Source: Thermoplasmata archaeon
GTDB lineage: Archaea; Thermoplasmatota; Thermoplasmata; Lutacidiplasmatales; UBA184
Assembly: GCA_035624925.1 (NCBI GenBank)
Contig: DASPQN010000061.1
Coordinates: 1-50,429 of the forward strand
DNA: 50,429 nucleotides
Direction of reading: 5' to 3'
Shown: positions 1-7,743 of the stretch, one piece after another
How the letters are laid out: each line of letters starts with the position of its first letter
Position numbering within the stretch: position 1 is the stretch's first letter
Notes under the pieces: model-generated
The model's database searches: none
Seen by the model: the letters and a program-made list of their open reading frames with translations, nothing else
What the model was told of the DNA's origin: nothing
Translations under genes and position numbers: made by a program

Positions 1-282
1 GGCGTGCAGGAGGACCGTTCCCGTCCCGACCGCGAAGACCCCAGACCCCGTCGGGGTGATCTCGGGAGCGAGGACCGGGAGCTCGACCTCGAACCTTCCG
101 GTCCGGTCGCCCACCACGATCCTCCGCGCGCCTGCCGCCGAGGGCCCTGCCGAGACGAACGGACCTTCTCCGACCTCGCCGGGCGCTCGCGCTTCCAGGA
201 CCGCCGGAATCCGGAACCGGACCGGCCCGACGGTGGCCCCCCCGCCGAGGGCGAGCCCTTCGAGCCGCTCGACGGTCCTCAT
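1..282 (-). CDS. hypothetical protein, N-terminal part only (gene runs off the left edge)
   Basis: ATG at 282-280 (plus-strand cat), open to position 1 (94 codons, MRTVERLEGLALGGGATVGPVRF...). G/C at most third positions, like neighbouring genes. Absent from the ORF track because there is no stop in the window. No family recognised. Confidence 0.45.
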   Translation of the reverse strand, partial: MRTVERLEGLALGGGATVGPVRFRIPAVLEARAPGEVGEGPFVSAGPSAAGARRIVVGDRTGRFEVELPVLAPEITPTGSGVFAVGTGTVLLHA

Positions 283-461
283 CGCCGTAGGCCGTCGTCG
301 GCGCCGATGCTCGCCAGGGTGCGTCCCCCACCGACCGCCGCCGATGCGGCGCAACGGTTCCGACGATCTCGGACGGAGGAGCCGCACGCGACCTGGGGCA
401 TGGCCCTCATCGCCCGATGACGACGCGCGGCTCTTTAGGTCGCTGTCGCGCGGGCGCTCGG

Positions 462-1334
462 TCAGGGCCAGGGGACGAACACGGCGACCGCGACCCCCAC
501 GAGGAACGCTCCCGCGTAGAGGAAGTGCCGCTGGAACGACGGCCGCACCTCCGTCGGGTCCGCGGCGAGCCGCCGGTCCGTCCATGCGACGCCGGCGGCG
601 ATCGCGAGCAGCGCCACGTAGTACGGCAGGCGCAGCCGCTCGACGATCCCGAACGCCCCCAACAGGGCGAGCGCGATCCCATGCAGCACGGCGACGAGCT
701 GTACCGATCGTGTCGCCCCCAGGCGCGCCGGCAGCGACCGGAGCCCCAGCTGGCGGTCGCTGTCGAGGTCCCCGAGGCTGTGGATCGTTTCGAACGCCGT
801 TCCCCACGCGAGGATGCCCCCGACCGCCAGGAGGGCCGCAACCGGAAGCGCGTCGTCCAGGGCGACGAACGCGGCCGCGGGCGTGATCGCCTGGACCAGC
901 CCGAGGAAGACGGTCGAGAGCGAGGAGACCCGCTTCGTGTAGCTATACCCGAGCACGAGCGCGAGCGCGACCGGAGCGAGCGCGAGAGCCAGCGGGTTCA
1001 GGAACCCGGCGGCGACCAGGACAACGAGCGCGCTCGCGGCCGTCGTGACGAGGGCGAACCGCGGCGACAGGCGTCCCTGCGGGAGGGCACGATCGGCCGT
1101 CCTCGGGTTCGCGGCGTCGAACGCGCGGTCGGTCCAGCGGTTGAACGCGTGGCCCGCGTTCCGCGCCGCGACGAACGCGACCACGATGAGGACGAACGGC
1201 ACGAGCCGGGGGAGCCCCCCCGCGGCGACGAAGACGAACCCGAGGGCGAACGGGACGTTCAGCCCGAGCGTCTGGATCTCGAGGAACCTTCCGAGGTCGC
1301 CGAGGCGACGGCCGCCTGCCGAGGGGGAGCTCAC
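462..1334 (-). CDS. UbiA-family aromatic prenyltransferase (polytopic membrane protein)
   Basis: ORF 462..1436. Motif NAGHAFNRWTDRAFDAANPRTADRALPQGRLS (N..D...D..R class) plus about 8 hydrophobic helices. Likely start is GTG at 1334-1332, overlapping the UbiD stop TGA 1333-1331 (GTGA coupling). The 34 codons upstream are R/G/P-rich junk inside ubiD. Confidence 0.85.
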   Translation of the reverse strand: MSSPSAGGRRLGDLGRFLEIQTLGLNVPFALGFVFVAAGGLPRLVPFVLIVVAFVAARNAGHAFNRWTDRAFDAANPRTADRALPQGRLSPRFALVTTAASALVVLVAAGFLNPLALALAPVALALVLGYSYTKRVSSLSTVFLGLVQAITPAAAFVALDDALPVAALLAVGGILAWGTAFETIHSLGDLDSDRQLGLRSLPARLGATRSVQLVAVLHGIALALLGAFGIVERLRLPYYVALLAIAAGVAWTDRRLAADPTEVRPSFQRHFLYAGAFLVGVAVAVFVPWP

Positions 1335-2812
1335 GGGCTTGGGCGCTTCGTGAGCCGTTCGAGCGCCGGCTCGGCCCGGAGGGCTTTCTCGGCCGCGGCG
1401 ACGGCCGCCGGGTCCGAGCGAGCCTCTTCCGGCCAAGCGCGAGGGAAGCCGTCCTCGGCCCGCTTGCGCGTCGCGTCGATCCCGACCTTCCCTCCGTAGT
1501 TCGGTAGGGGGTTGGAGATCGACAGCTGGTCCACCGGTCCCTCGACGACCTCGAGGTCCCGGGCCGGATCGGCCTGGAGGCCGACGCGGTAGAGGACCTC
1601 CGAGAGGTCGTGGACGTTCACGTCGTCGTCGACGACCACGATGTACCGCACGAACATCATCTGCCCGAGCCCCCAGAGCGCGTGCATCACCTTGCGCGGG
1701 TGGCCGGGGTAGGCCTTGCGGATCGAGACGACGGCGACGTTGATGAACAGCCCCTCGACCGGGAGGTTCATGTCGACGACCTCCGGGAGCACGAGCCGGA
1801 TCACCGGCAGGAAGATCCGCTCGACCGCCTTGCCGAGGACCGCGTCCTCGGTCGACGGCTTACCGGTGACCGTCCCGAGGTAGACCGGCCGCTCCCGTCG
1901 GGTCAGTCGGGTCACGTGGAAGACCGGGAACGGTTCGGGAGCGGAGTAGTAGCCCGTGTGGTCCCCGAACGGCCCCTCGACCTTCCGCTCGTCCGGGTCG
2001 ACGTACCCCTCGAGCACGATCTCGGCCGATGCCGGGACCTCGAGGTCGACGCTCCGTGCCGGCACCAGCTCCACCGGTTCCGAGCGGAGCAGGCCCGCGA
2101 ACGCGAAGTTCGAGATCCCCTCGGGGACCGGAGCGAGGCCGCTGAAGACGGTCGCCGGCTCGGCCCCGATTACGGCCGCGACCGGCATCCTCTCGCCGCG
2201 GGCGGCCCATTTGCGGAAGTTGTTGGCGCCGACGCGGTGCACCTGGAAGTGCATCCCGAGCGTCGCCGGGCCGTACTGCTGGAGACGGTAGATCCCGGCG
2301 TGCGCGACGCCCGTCTCGGGGTCGCTCGTGATGACGACGGGGAACGTCACGGTCCGGCCACCGTCCTTGGGCCAGCACTTGAGGATCGGCAGCCGGTCGA
2401 GGTCGACCGCGCTCTCCTCGACCTCCTGGCACGGGGCCGAGCGCACGCGCTTCGGGGCGAGCGCCCGCACGCTCGAGAGCGTCTCGATCGTCCCTTCGAG
2501 GTCGCGGAGCGCCCCGGCGATGCCGGCCGGGGGCCGCAGACGGGTCAGGTGAGCGACCCTCCCGGCGACCTCGTCCAGGTCGCGGGCTCCGAGGGCGAGG
2601 GCGACCCTCCGGCTCGAGCCGAGGACGTTCGTCGCCACCGGCATCGTCGAGCCGACGACGTTCTCGAACAGGAGCGCCGGGCCGTCGGCGCGGTGGACGC
2701 GCTGCGTCAGTTCGGCGATCTCGAGGTCGCGGGAGAGCGGGGTGCGGACCCGGACGAGGTCGCCGCGTTCCTCGAGCAGGGCGAGGAAGTCGCCGAGGGA
2801 CCGGAACGCCAC
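1331..2812 (-). CDS. UbiD-family (prFMN-dependent) decarboxylase
   Basis: C-terminal about 493 aa of ORF 1331..3655: FRSLGDFLALLEERGDLVRVRTPLSRDLEIAELTQRV... through ...GIDATRK, typical UbiD. The first about 280 aa of the track ORF are R/P/D-rich and antisense to the HTH gene. GTG at 2812-2810 lies about 27 nt from a TATA-like box (2835-2843). Confidence 0.9.
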   Translation of the reverse strand: MAFRSLGDFLALLEERGDLVRVRTPLSRDLEIAELTQRVHRADGPALLFENVVGSTMPVATNVLGSSRRVALALGARDLDEVAGRVAHLTRLRPPAGIAGALRDLEGTIETLSSVRALAPKRVRSAPCQEVEESAVDLDRLPILKCWPKDGGRTVTFPVVITSDPETGVAHAGIYRLQQYGPATLGMHFQVHRVGANNFRKWAARGERMPVAAVIGAEPATVFSGLAPVPEGISNFAFAGLLRSEPVELVPARSVDLEVPASAEIVLEGYVDPDERKVEGPFGDHTGYYSAPEPFPVFHVTRLTRRERPVYLGTVTGKPSTEDAVLGKAVERIFLPVIRLVLPEVVDMNLPVEGLFINVAVVSIRKAYPGHPRKVMHALWGLGQMMFVRYIVVVDDDVNVHDLSEVLYRVGLQADPARDLEVVEGPVDQLSISNPLPNYGGKVGIDATRKRAEDGFPRAWPEEARSDPAAVAAAEKALRAEPALERLTKRPSP

Positions 2813-2834
2813 GGGCTCGTCGGAGCCGTGCTGG

Positions 2835-2843
2835 CTCTTAACT
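2835..2843 (-). promoter_or_regulatory. TATA-like box for ubiD-ubiA (leaderless)
   Basis: Plus ctcttaact = minus AGTTAAGAG. The only A/T-rich patch on this side of the 87-nt divergent spacer, centred about 27 nt upstream of GTG 2812. Confidence 0.4.
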
Positions 2844-2869
2844 CGCGCCGGGGAGGGTGCCGCCGAGGG

Positions 2870-2878
2870 TTCATAACG
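2870..2878 (+). promoter_or_regulatory. TATA-like box for the HTH_10 regulator gene (leaderless)
   Basis: ttcataacg, centred about 26 nt upstream of ATG 2900. Confidence 0.4.
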
Positions 2879-2899
2879 GAACCTCGTCTCCCCGCGGCG

Positions 2900-3640
2900 A
2901 TGCAGGCGGTGACCCTGCGGTTCCGGACCGACGATCTCGTGCGGGTCGGGCTGGTCCCCGCTCGCCTCTTCGAGAAGTACGACGAGGTCGAGCTGCTCGA
3001 GACCCTCCGCCTGGACGCCGGCTCGCGGCTCGAGCTCCTGCGCGTGCGGCACAAGGGACCGCTGCGCCCCGCTGCCGAGATCGTCCGCGACTCCCGGAGG
3101 ATACGGGCCCTCTACGGCCTCTCCCGGTTCGAGGTCGTGGACGTCCGTCCGAAGAGCCGCGACTACATCGTCCTGGCGAGGCAGCGCAACCCGGAACGAC
3201 TGCGGGAGTGGCTCGCGCTCGCGGGCGGGGGCATCACGCCGGTCGCGCCGTTCCGCCTCTCCGAGGACGAGACGATCGCGTCGTTCCACGGCGAGGAGAA
3301 GGCCGTACGCCGGGTCCTCCATCGGCTCGACCGCGAGGGGTTCCCGTACCGGCTCGTCCGGGCGAGCGCGCGGCCGGTCGTCGCCGACCGGGAGGAAGGC
3401 GTCCTGACCCCGCTGCAGGCGCGCCTGCTCGCGCGGGCGTGGGCGCTCGGCTATTACGCGATCCCTCGGCGAGTGACCCTGACCCGGCTTGCGCGCTCGA
3501 CCGGGAGGAGTCCGCCGGGCCTGGGCAAGCTCCTCCGCCGCGCGGAGGGCCATTTGGTCGGTCGCTGGCTCGCGTCGCAGGGGGCGGTCCTCGACGGACA
3601 CGGTCCCGAGCCGACCCGGCCGGCTCCCCGAGACGCCTAA
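2900..3640 (+). CDS. HTH_10 (bacterio-opsin-activator-type) DNA-binding protein
   Basis: In-frame ATG inside track ORF 1610..3640 (MQAVTLRFRTDDLVRV...). C-terminus LTPLQARLLARAWALGYYAIPRRVTLTRLARSTGRSPPGLGKLLRRAEGHLV matches the archaeal HTH_10 pattern (LT.rQ...L..A...GYf..PR...l.ela..lg.s.st....LRrAE). Confidence 0.75.
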   Translation: MQAVTLRFRTDDLVRVGLVPARLFEKYDEVELLETLRLDAGSRLELLRVRHKGPLRPAAEIVRDSRRIRALYGLSRFEVVDVRPKSRDYIVLARQRNPERLREWLALAGGGITPVAPFRLSEDETIASFHGEEKAVRRVLHRLDREGFPYRLVRASARPVVADREEGVLTPLQARLLARAWALGYYAIPRRVTLTRLARSTGRSPPGLGKLLRRAEGHLVGRWLASQGAVLDGHGPEPTRPAPRDA

Positions 3641-3663
3641 GAACGCGGGTGCCAAGGGGCCAC

Positions 3664-4107
3664 GTGGTCGCGCGTCCGAAGGCCGTGAAGGTCGAGCTGC
3701 TCCCCGAGACCCCCGAGGCGCGCCTTCCGTACCGGGCGACGGCCGGCTCGGCCTGCTTCGACCTCGCGGCCGCCGCCCCCGCGGTGCTCGTCCGCGGCAA
3801 GGTCGAGCTCGTCCGGACCGGCCTCAAGGTGCGCTGCCCTGCCGGCACCTTCCTTGAGGTCCGTCCCCGGAGCGGGCTCGCCTCCCGCGGCGTGCTGATG
3901 GTGAACGCCCCGGGGACGGTCGACGCCGACTACGCCGGCGAAGTGCGCGTGCCGCTCACCTACCTGTTCGACGGGGACTATCGCATCGAGGTGGGCGACC
4001 GGATCGCCCAGGTCCGCCTGGTCCGGGAGGGCCCGACCTCGTTCCGCCAGGGCCGGGTCGTCCCCGTCGGCACGCGCAAGGGCGGCTTCGGCAGCACGGG
4101 CCGCTAG
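3664..4107 (+). CDS. dut: dUTP diphosphatase (trimeric dUTPase)
   Basis: C-terminal 147 aa of ORF 2857..4107. Motifs GSACFDL, RSGLASRG, GTVDADYAGEV, GDRIAQ, RKGGFGSTG. GTG 3664 (alternative GTG 3685) lies 24 nt after the HTH gene stop. Confidence 0.85.
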   Translation: MVARPKAVKVELLPETPEARLPYRATAGSACFDLAAAAPAVLVRGKVELVRTGLKVRCPAGTFLEVRPRSGLASRGVLMVNAPGTVDADYAGEVRVPLTYLFDGDYRIEVGDRIAQVRLVREGPTSFRQGRVVPVGTRKGGFGSTGR

Positions 4108-5720
4108 CGGAACTCCGAGAGGAGCCGCTGGACGCTCCGGGCGGTGGGGCCCGGGGGGGCGACCCCCCCGGCGGTCTCCTGCTCGACCTTCTCCAGCATC
4201 GCGTGCATCCGTCGCTCGCGGGCGAACGCCCCACGGTGCAGCGCCTCGTCGCGGGTCCCCTCGGCGACAAGCACCACCGCATGGCCCGCCCGCGCCCGGC
4301 CGGTACGACCCCGGCGCTGGATCGTCCGGATCACGTCGGGGATCGGCTCGTAGAAGACGACGAGGTCGGTCGCCGGGATGTCGAGCCCCTCCTCGGCGAC
4401 CGAGGTCGCGACCAGGCAGTTGAGCTCGCCCTGCCGGAACCGGTCGAGGATCGCGACCTGGTCCTTCTGCGAGAGCCCCGGGTCCTCGCCATGGGTCGCC
4501 TGACCGACGAACCGTGCCGCCCGAACGCCCGGGTCGTGCAAGGCCCCCAGCTCGGCGACCAGCCGGTCGACCGTGTCACGGTACTGCGAGAAGACGATTA
4601 CGCGCGCGGTCGGCTGGCCCCGCAGCTCCTCCCGCACGCGGGTGACGGCGACGGCGATCTTCGGGTGTTCGAGCGTGATCTCGGTGAGCCGGCGCCGCAC
4701 CTCCTGGACGTCCGGGTCGCCTAGGAATGCGCGCTGGGCCGGGGTGACGCGACGGCCGGTCGTCGCGCTCTGGCGGGAGAAGAACTCGCGCAAGGCATCG
4801 ACGCCCTGGCTCTCGATGAGGTCGAGCGCGTGCAGCCCCTTCATCACGACCGCCTGCGCGGTGACGGCCTGCCAGAGGTTCGGGGTCGACCCCGCCCCGG
4901 CCGCCCGCTCGACCGAGATCCTGCGGTGGAGCTGTTCCCCGACAGCGAGGACCGCCCGGCGGTTGACCTCCCCCTCGGCGAGGAGGCCGAGGCGGGAGAG
5001 CGTCTGGGCGGCCCGCCCGAGGGCGGCCCGCAGGAGGATGGCGAGGTGGCGAACCTCCGGGGGGACCGGCACGACCACGGTCTCAACGCCGACGCCGTGC
5101 AGGTACGGGGCGACGTCCGGGCTACGCTCGGTACGGTACTCGAACCTTTCGATCCCGAGGTTCGTCCAGACCTCGCGGATGCGCTGGAGGCTCCCTCCCG
5201 GCGACGCCGTCATCGCGAGGACCCGGGCTCCCGGTCCGGACCGGTTCGCCCGGGCGATCGCCGCGTACGGATAATCGCCGACCGCACGATGGGCCTCGTC
5301 GAAGACGAGCAGGCTGAACGTCGCGAGCGGGAGCTCGCCCGAGACGAGGTCGTTGGCCACGACCTGGGGGGTCGCGACGACGACCTGCGGAGGTCGCAGG
5401 AGCTCCGCGCGGCGCTCGGGCGCGATCGCGCCGGTCAGGACGAGCGGCGTCGGGCAGAACACCGCGCGTTCCACCTCGTGGGCGTGCTGGACGACCAGCG
5501 GCCGGGTTGGCGCGAGGAGCAGGATCGACCGCGTCGGCTCGCGTAGGAGGTACTCGGCGGCGACACGCAGTGCGATCGCCGTCTTCCCGAGACCGGTCGG
5601 GAGGACGACCAGGGTGTTGTGTTCGACTGCGGCGTGGGCGATCGCCGCCTGGTACGCTCGGTCCTCCAGCCGTCCCGGCCGGATGCGGGGGTGCTCCACG
5701 GTCGTCACCGCAGGGACCAC
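4104..5720 (-). CDS. Hef/FANCM-like DEAH-box helicase (helicase part only)
   Basis: 538 aa. Motif I VVLPTGLGKTAIA, motif II LLVFDEAHRAVGDY, motif VI-like IQRRGRTGR, VATSVAEEGLDIP. No ERCC4 nuclease/HhH domain follows. GTG start at 5720. Confidence 0.85.
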   Translation of the reverse strand: MVPAVTTVEHPRIRPGRLEDRAYQAAIAHAAVEHNTLVVLPTGLGKTAIALRVAAEYLLREPTRSILLLAPTRPLVVQHAHEVERAVFCPTPLVLTGAIAPERRAELLRPPQVVVATPQVVANDLVSGELPLATFSLLVFDEAHRAVGDYPYAAIARANRSGPGARVLAMTASPGGSLQRIREVWTNLGIERFEYRTERSPDVAPYLHGVGVETVVVPVPPEVRHLAILLRAALGRAAQTLSRLGLLAEGEVNRRAVLAVGEQLHRRISVERAAGAGSTPNLWQAVTAQAVVMKGLHALDLIESQGVDALREFFSRQSATTGRRVTPAQRAFLGDPDVQEVRRRLTEITLEHPKIAVAVTRVREELRGQPTARVIVFSQYRDTVDRLVAELGALHDPGVRAARFVGQATHGEDPGLSQKDQVAILDRFRQGELNCLVATSVAEEGLDIPATDLVVFYEPIPDVIRTIQRRGRTGRARAGHAVVLVAEGTRDEALHRGAFARERRMHAMLEKVEQETAGGVAPPGPTARSVQRLLSEFR

Positions 5721-5739
5721 CGGCCTTCCAGCGAGCGGG

Positions 5740-5748
5740 CCTTTATGA
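5740..5748. promoter_or_regulatory. single TATA-like element shared by divergent hef-like and GT2 genes
   Basis: cctttatga is the only A/T patch between GTG 5720 (minus) and ATG 5769 (plus). Its centre is about 24-25 nt from both start codons. Confidence 0.4.
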
Positions 5749-5768
5749 GCCCGCGTCTACGCGCGACG

Positions 5769-6923
5769 ATGCTCTCGGCGCTCACCGTGCTCGCCGTGGA
5801 GGTCGCGGCGGTCGTCGTCTTGCTCTACCAGGGCCTTGCGCTCTGGCTCGCCCGGGAGATGCCGCGTCTCGACCCGGCCCCAGTCCCCCGGGTCCCCACC
5901 GCCGGACCCAGCGTGAGCGTGATCGTCGCCGCGCGCGACGAGGAGGCCGACCTCCCCGCGACGCTCGACAGCCTCCTCGGTCAGGATGCGACGATCCTCG
6001 AGATCGTCGTCGTCGAGGGGGGCTCCCGGGACCGGACCCGGGAGCTGATCGCGGCCCGCGCCCCGGGCGTCCGGCGGATCGACGAGCCCCCGCTCCCGGA
6101 CGGCTGGGTCGGCAAGAACTGGGCGTGCTGGACCGGTGCCCAGGCGACGTCCGGCGAGTGGCTGCTGTTCGTGGACGCGGACGTCCGCCTGCACCCGGCG
6201 GCCGTGAGAACGGCCCTCGCCTGGGCCGAGCAGGAGCAGGCGATGCTCGCGACCATCGCTCCGCGTATCGAGATGGCCAGCTTCTGGGAACGGGTCGTCA
6301 TGCCGTTCTACGTCCAGATGGTGCTGGCGTACTTCCGTGCCCCGCACGTGAACCGGTCCGGGTCGAAGACCGCGATGGCCAACGGCCAGTTCTGGCTCGT
6401 CCGTCGGACGGACTACGAGGCCCTGGGCGGGCACGCCGCGGTCCGCGGGCGCGTCATCGAGGACGTCGCGATCGCCCGTCGTGTCCGTGCCGCAGGAGGC
6501 CGGATCCGTCTCGCTTGGGCGCCCGAGCTCGCCACCACGCGGATGTACCGCGACCGGCACGAGATGTTCGAGGGCGTCCTGCGGACCGTCCACGGGCCGG
6601 AGTTCTCCGCCGCGCGCCAGGCCGGGTTCGTGGCCGGGCTGGTCGGGTTCTTCTGGGCGCCTCTCGCGGTTCTTCCGGTCGGGCTCGCCACGGGGAGCCT
6701 TCCCGTCGCGGTCGCTGGCGCGATCCTCGCGGTGGCGTTGTTCGCCAAGCACGCCGTCTTCACCCGGGCGGTCGGGGCCCCGGCAGCCTACGGCCTCCTG
6801 TTCCCGGTGGCTGTTGGGTTCTACGTGGTGGCGGTCCTGACGTCGCTCGTCCGCGGTGTCCGCGGCGGGACGGTGACGTGGAAGGGTCGGGCGTACGCGC
6901 TGGGGGAGCGCAGGGCCCCCTAG
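5769..6923 (+). CDS. family 2 glycosyltransferase, membrane-anchored
   Basis: ORF 5619..6923. SVIVAARDEEADLPATLDSLLGQD, VVVEGGSRDRT, LFVDADV (DxD), then C-terminal TM helices. I prefer ATG 5769 (MLSALTVLAV...) because ATG 5745 lies inside the TATA-like element. 5745 remains a possible start. Confidence 0.85.
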   Translation: MLSALTVLAVEVAAVVVLLYQGLALWLAREMPRLDPAPVPRVPTAGPSVSVIVAARDEEADLPATLDSLLGQDATILEIVVVEGGSRDRTRELIAARAPGVRRIDEPPLPDGWVGKNWACWTGAQATSGEWLLFVDADVRLHPAAVRTALAWAEQEQAMLATIAPRIEMASFWERVVMPFYVQMVLAYFRAPHVNRSGSKTAMANGQFWLVRRTDYEALGGHAAVRGRVIEDVAIARRVRAAGGRIRLAWAPELATTRMYRDRHEMFEGVLRTVHGPEFSAARQAGFVAGLVGFFWAPLAVLPVGLATGSLPVAVAGAILAVALFAKHAVFTRAVGAPAAYGLLFPVAVGFYVVAVLTSLVRGVRGGTVTWKGRAYALGERRAP

Positions 6924-7146
6924 CGGCCGGCTCCAACGGAGCGCGGTCCCGGGGAGCTTCAGCCCTCGCCACACTCGCGGTTCGGGGCTCGCGAACGAGG
7001 GCCGCCGGCTGCGGGTGACCCGGGAGGGGGTGGACCCACCGAGCCCGGCAGGTCGGCGCGACGATGCTCCTTCTGGGACGCTGGGCCAGCGGATCTCACG
7101 CCGTCGCGGGACGTTCGCTGGCCCGGCCCTCGCTGACGGTCGCGTT

Positions 7147-7473
7147 CTAGGGCGCGTCCGTGACCCTGCGCACCTTGTATTCGATCGTCTCCGGCTTGTC
7201 CAGTCGGTGGTCGACCCTCAGGTGGACGGAGATCCGCTTCGCCCCCATCCTCCGCAGCGACGCATGCGCCCTCGTCACCGCCCGGAGGACGGTCCCAAGG
7301 TCGTTCGCCTCGAGCACCGTCGACATTGCACCCGGGACAAGCCGAAGCCCGCGGACGCGGCGCATCGACCCGAGAGCCCCCCGAACGTAATCTCCCAGGC
7401 TGGTCCCTTCACCTATCGGGTAGATCGATAGGTCGGCGATGACCTTCGGTCTTCGACCTGTCCTAGTCCGCAT
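7147..7473 (-). CDS. MTH1187/YkoF-family (UPF0045) thiamine-binding-like protein
   Basis: 108 aa. VIADLSIYPIGEGTSLGDYV...MSTVLE... is the typical family pattern. Confidence 0.8.
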   Translation of the reverse strand: MRTRTGRRPKVIADLSIYPIGEGTSLGDYVRGALGSMRRVRGLRLVPGAMSTVLEANDLGTVLRAVTRAHASLRRMGAKRISVHLRVDHRLDKPETIEYKVRRVTDAP

Positions 7474-7495
7474 GCCCCGACGAGGTCGACATCCG

Positions 7496-7502
7496 TACTA
7501 AT
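7496..7502 (-). promoter_or_regulatory. TATA-like box for the MTH1187-family gene
   Basis: Plus tactaat, centred about 26 nt upstream of ATG 7473. Confidence 0.35.
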
Positions 7503-7690
7503 CGCCTGACCGGACCGGCCCGGAGGCGGATCCTGGCCGTTCCTCCTCCATCCCGTGGCTCCGAGACGGTTCCCAGGGGAGAGCGAGCTCCGCGGTGTGG
7601 GCCGATCCGGGACGTCGGAGATCGCGAACCGTCGAGGAGCACCATCGAATCGAGCCTCGCCTCGCGACCGGTACGACCGTACCCGGCGGG

Positions 7691-7710
7691 GGTGTGGCCT
7701 TGTCCACACC
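7691..7710 (+). promoter_or_regulatory. perfect 7-bp inverted repeat GGTGTGG-N6-CCACACC (candidate operator)
   Basis: Read directly: ggtgtggccttgtccacacc. It sits immediately upstream of the TATA-like gctatctg (7717-7724) that precedes the aldehyde dehydrogenase start (7744/7747). Confidence 0.4.
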
Positions 7711-7743
7711 CGAACGGCTATCTGAAGCGTCGTTTCGGTCGAG

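Noticed and set aside
2813-3655. N-terminal 280 aa of track ORF 1331..3655, and similar N-terminal extensions of 11668..12684, 34931..36838, 36079..39024, 1610..3640 and 2857..4107.
   Set aside because: These are composite ORFs. The recognisable protein (UbiD, KptA, ThiL, Rpo7, HTH_10, dUTPase) begins at an internal ATG/GTG. The upstream part runs through a neighbouring gene in another frame or strand and looks like junk.
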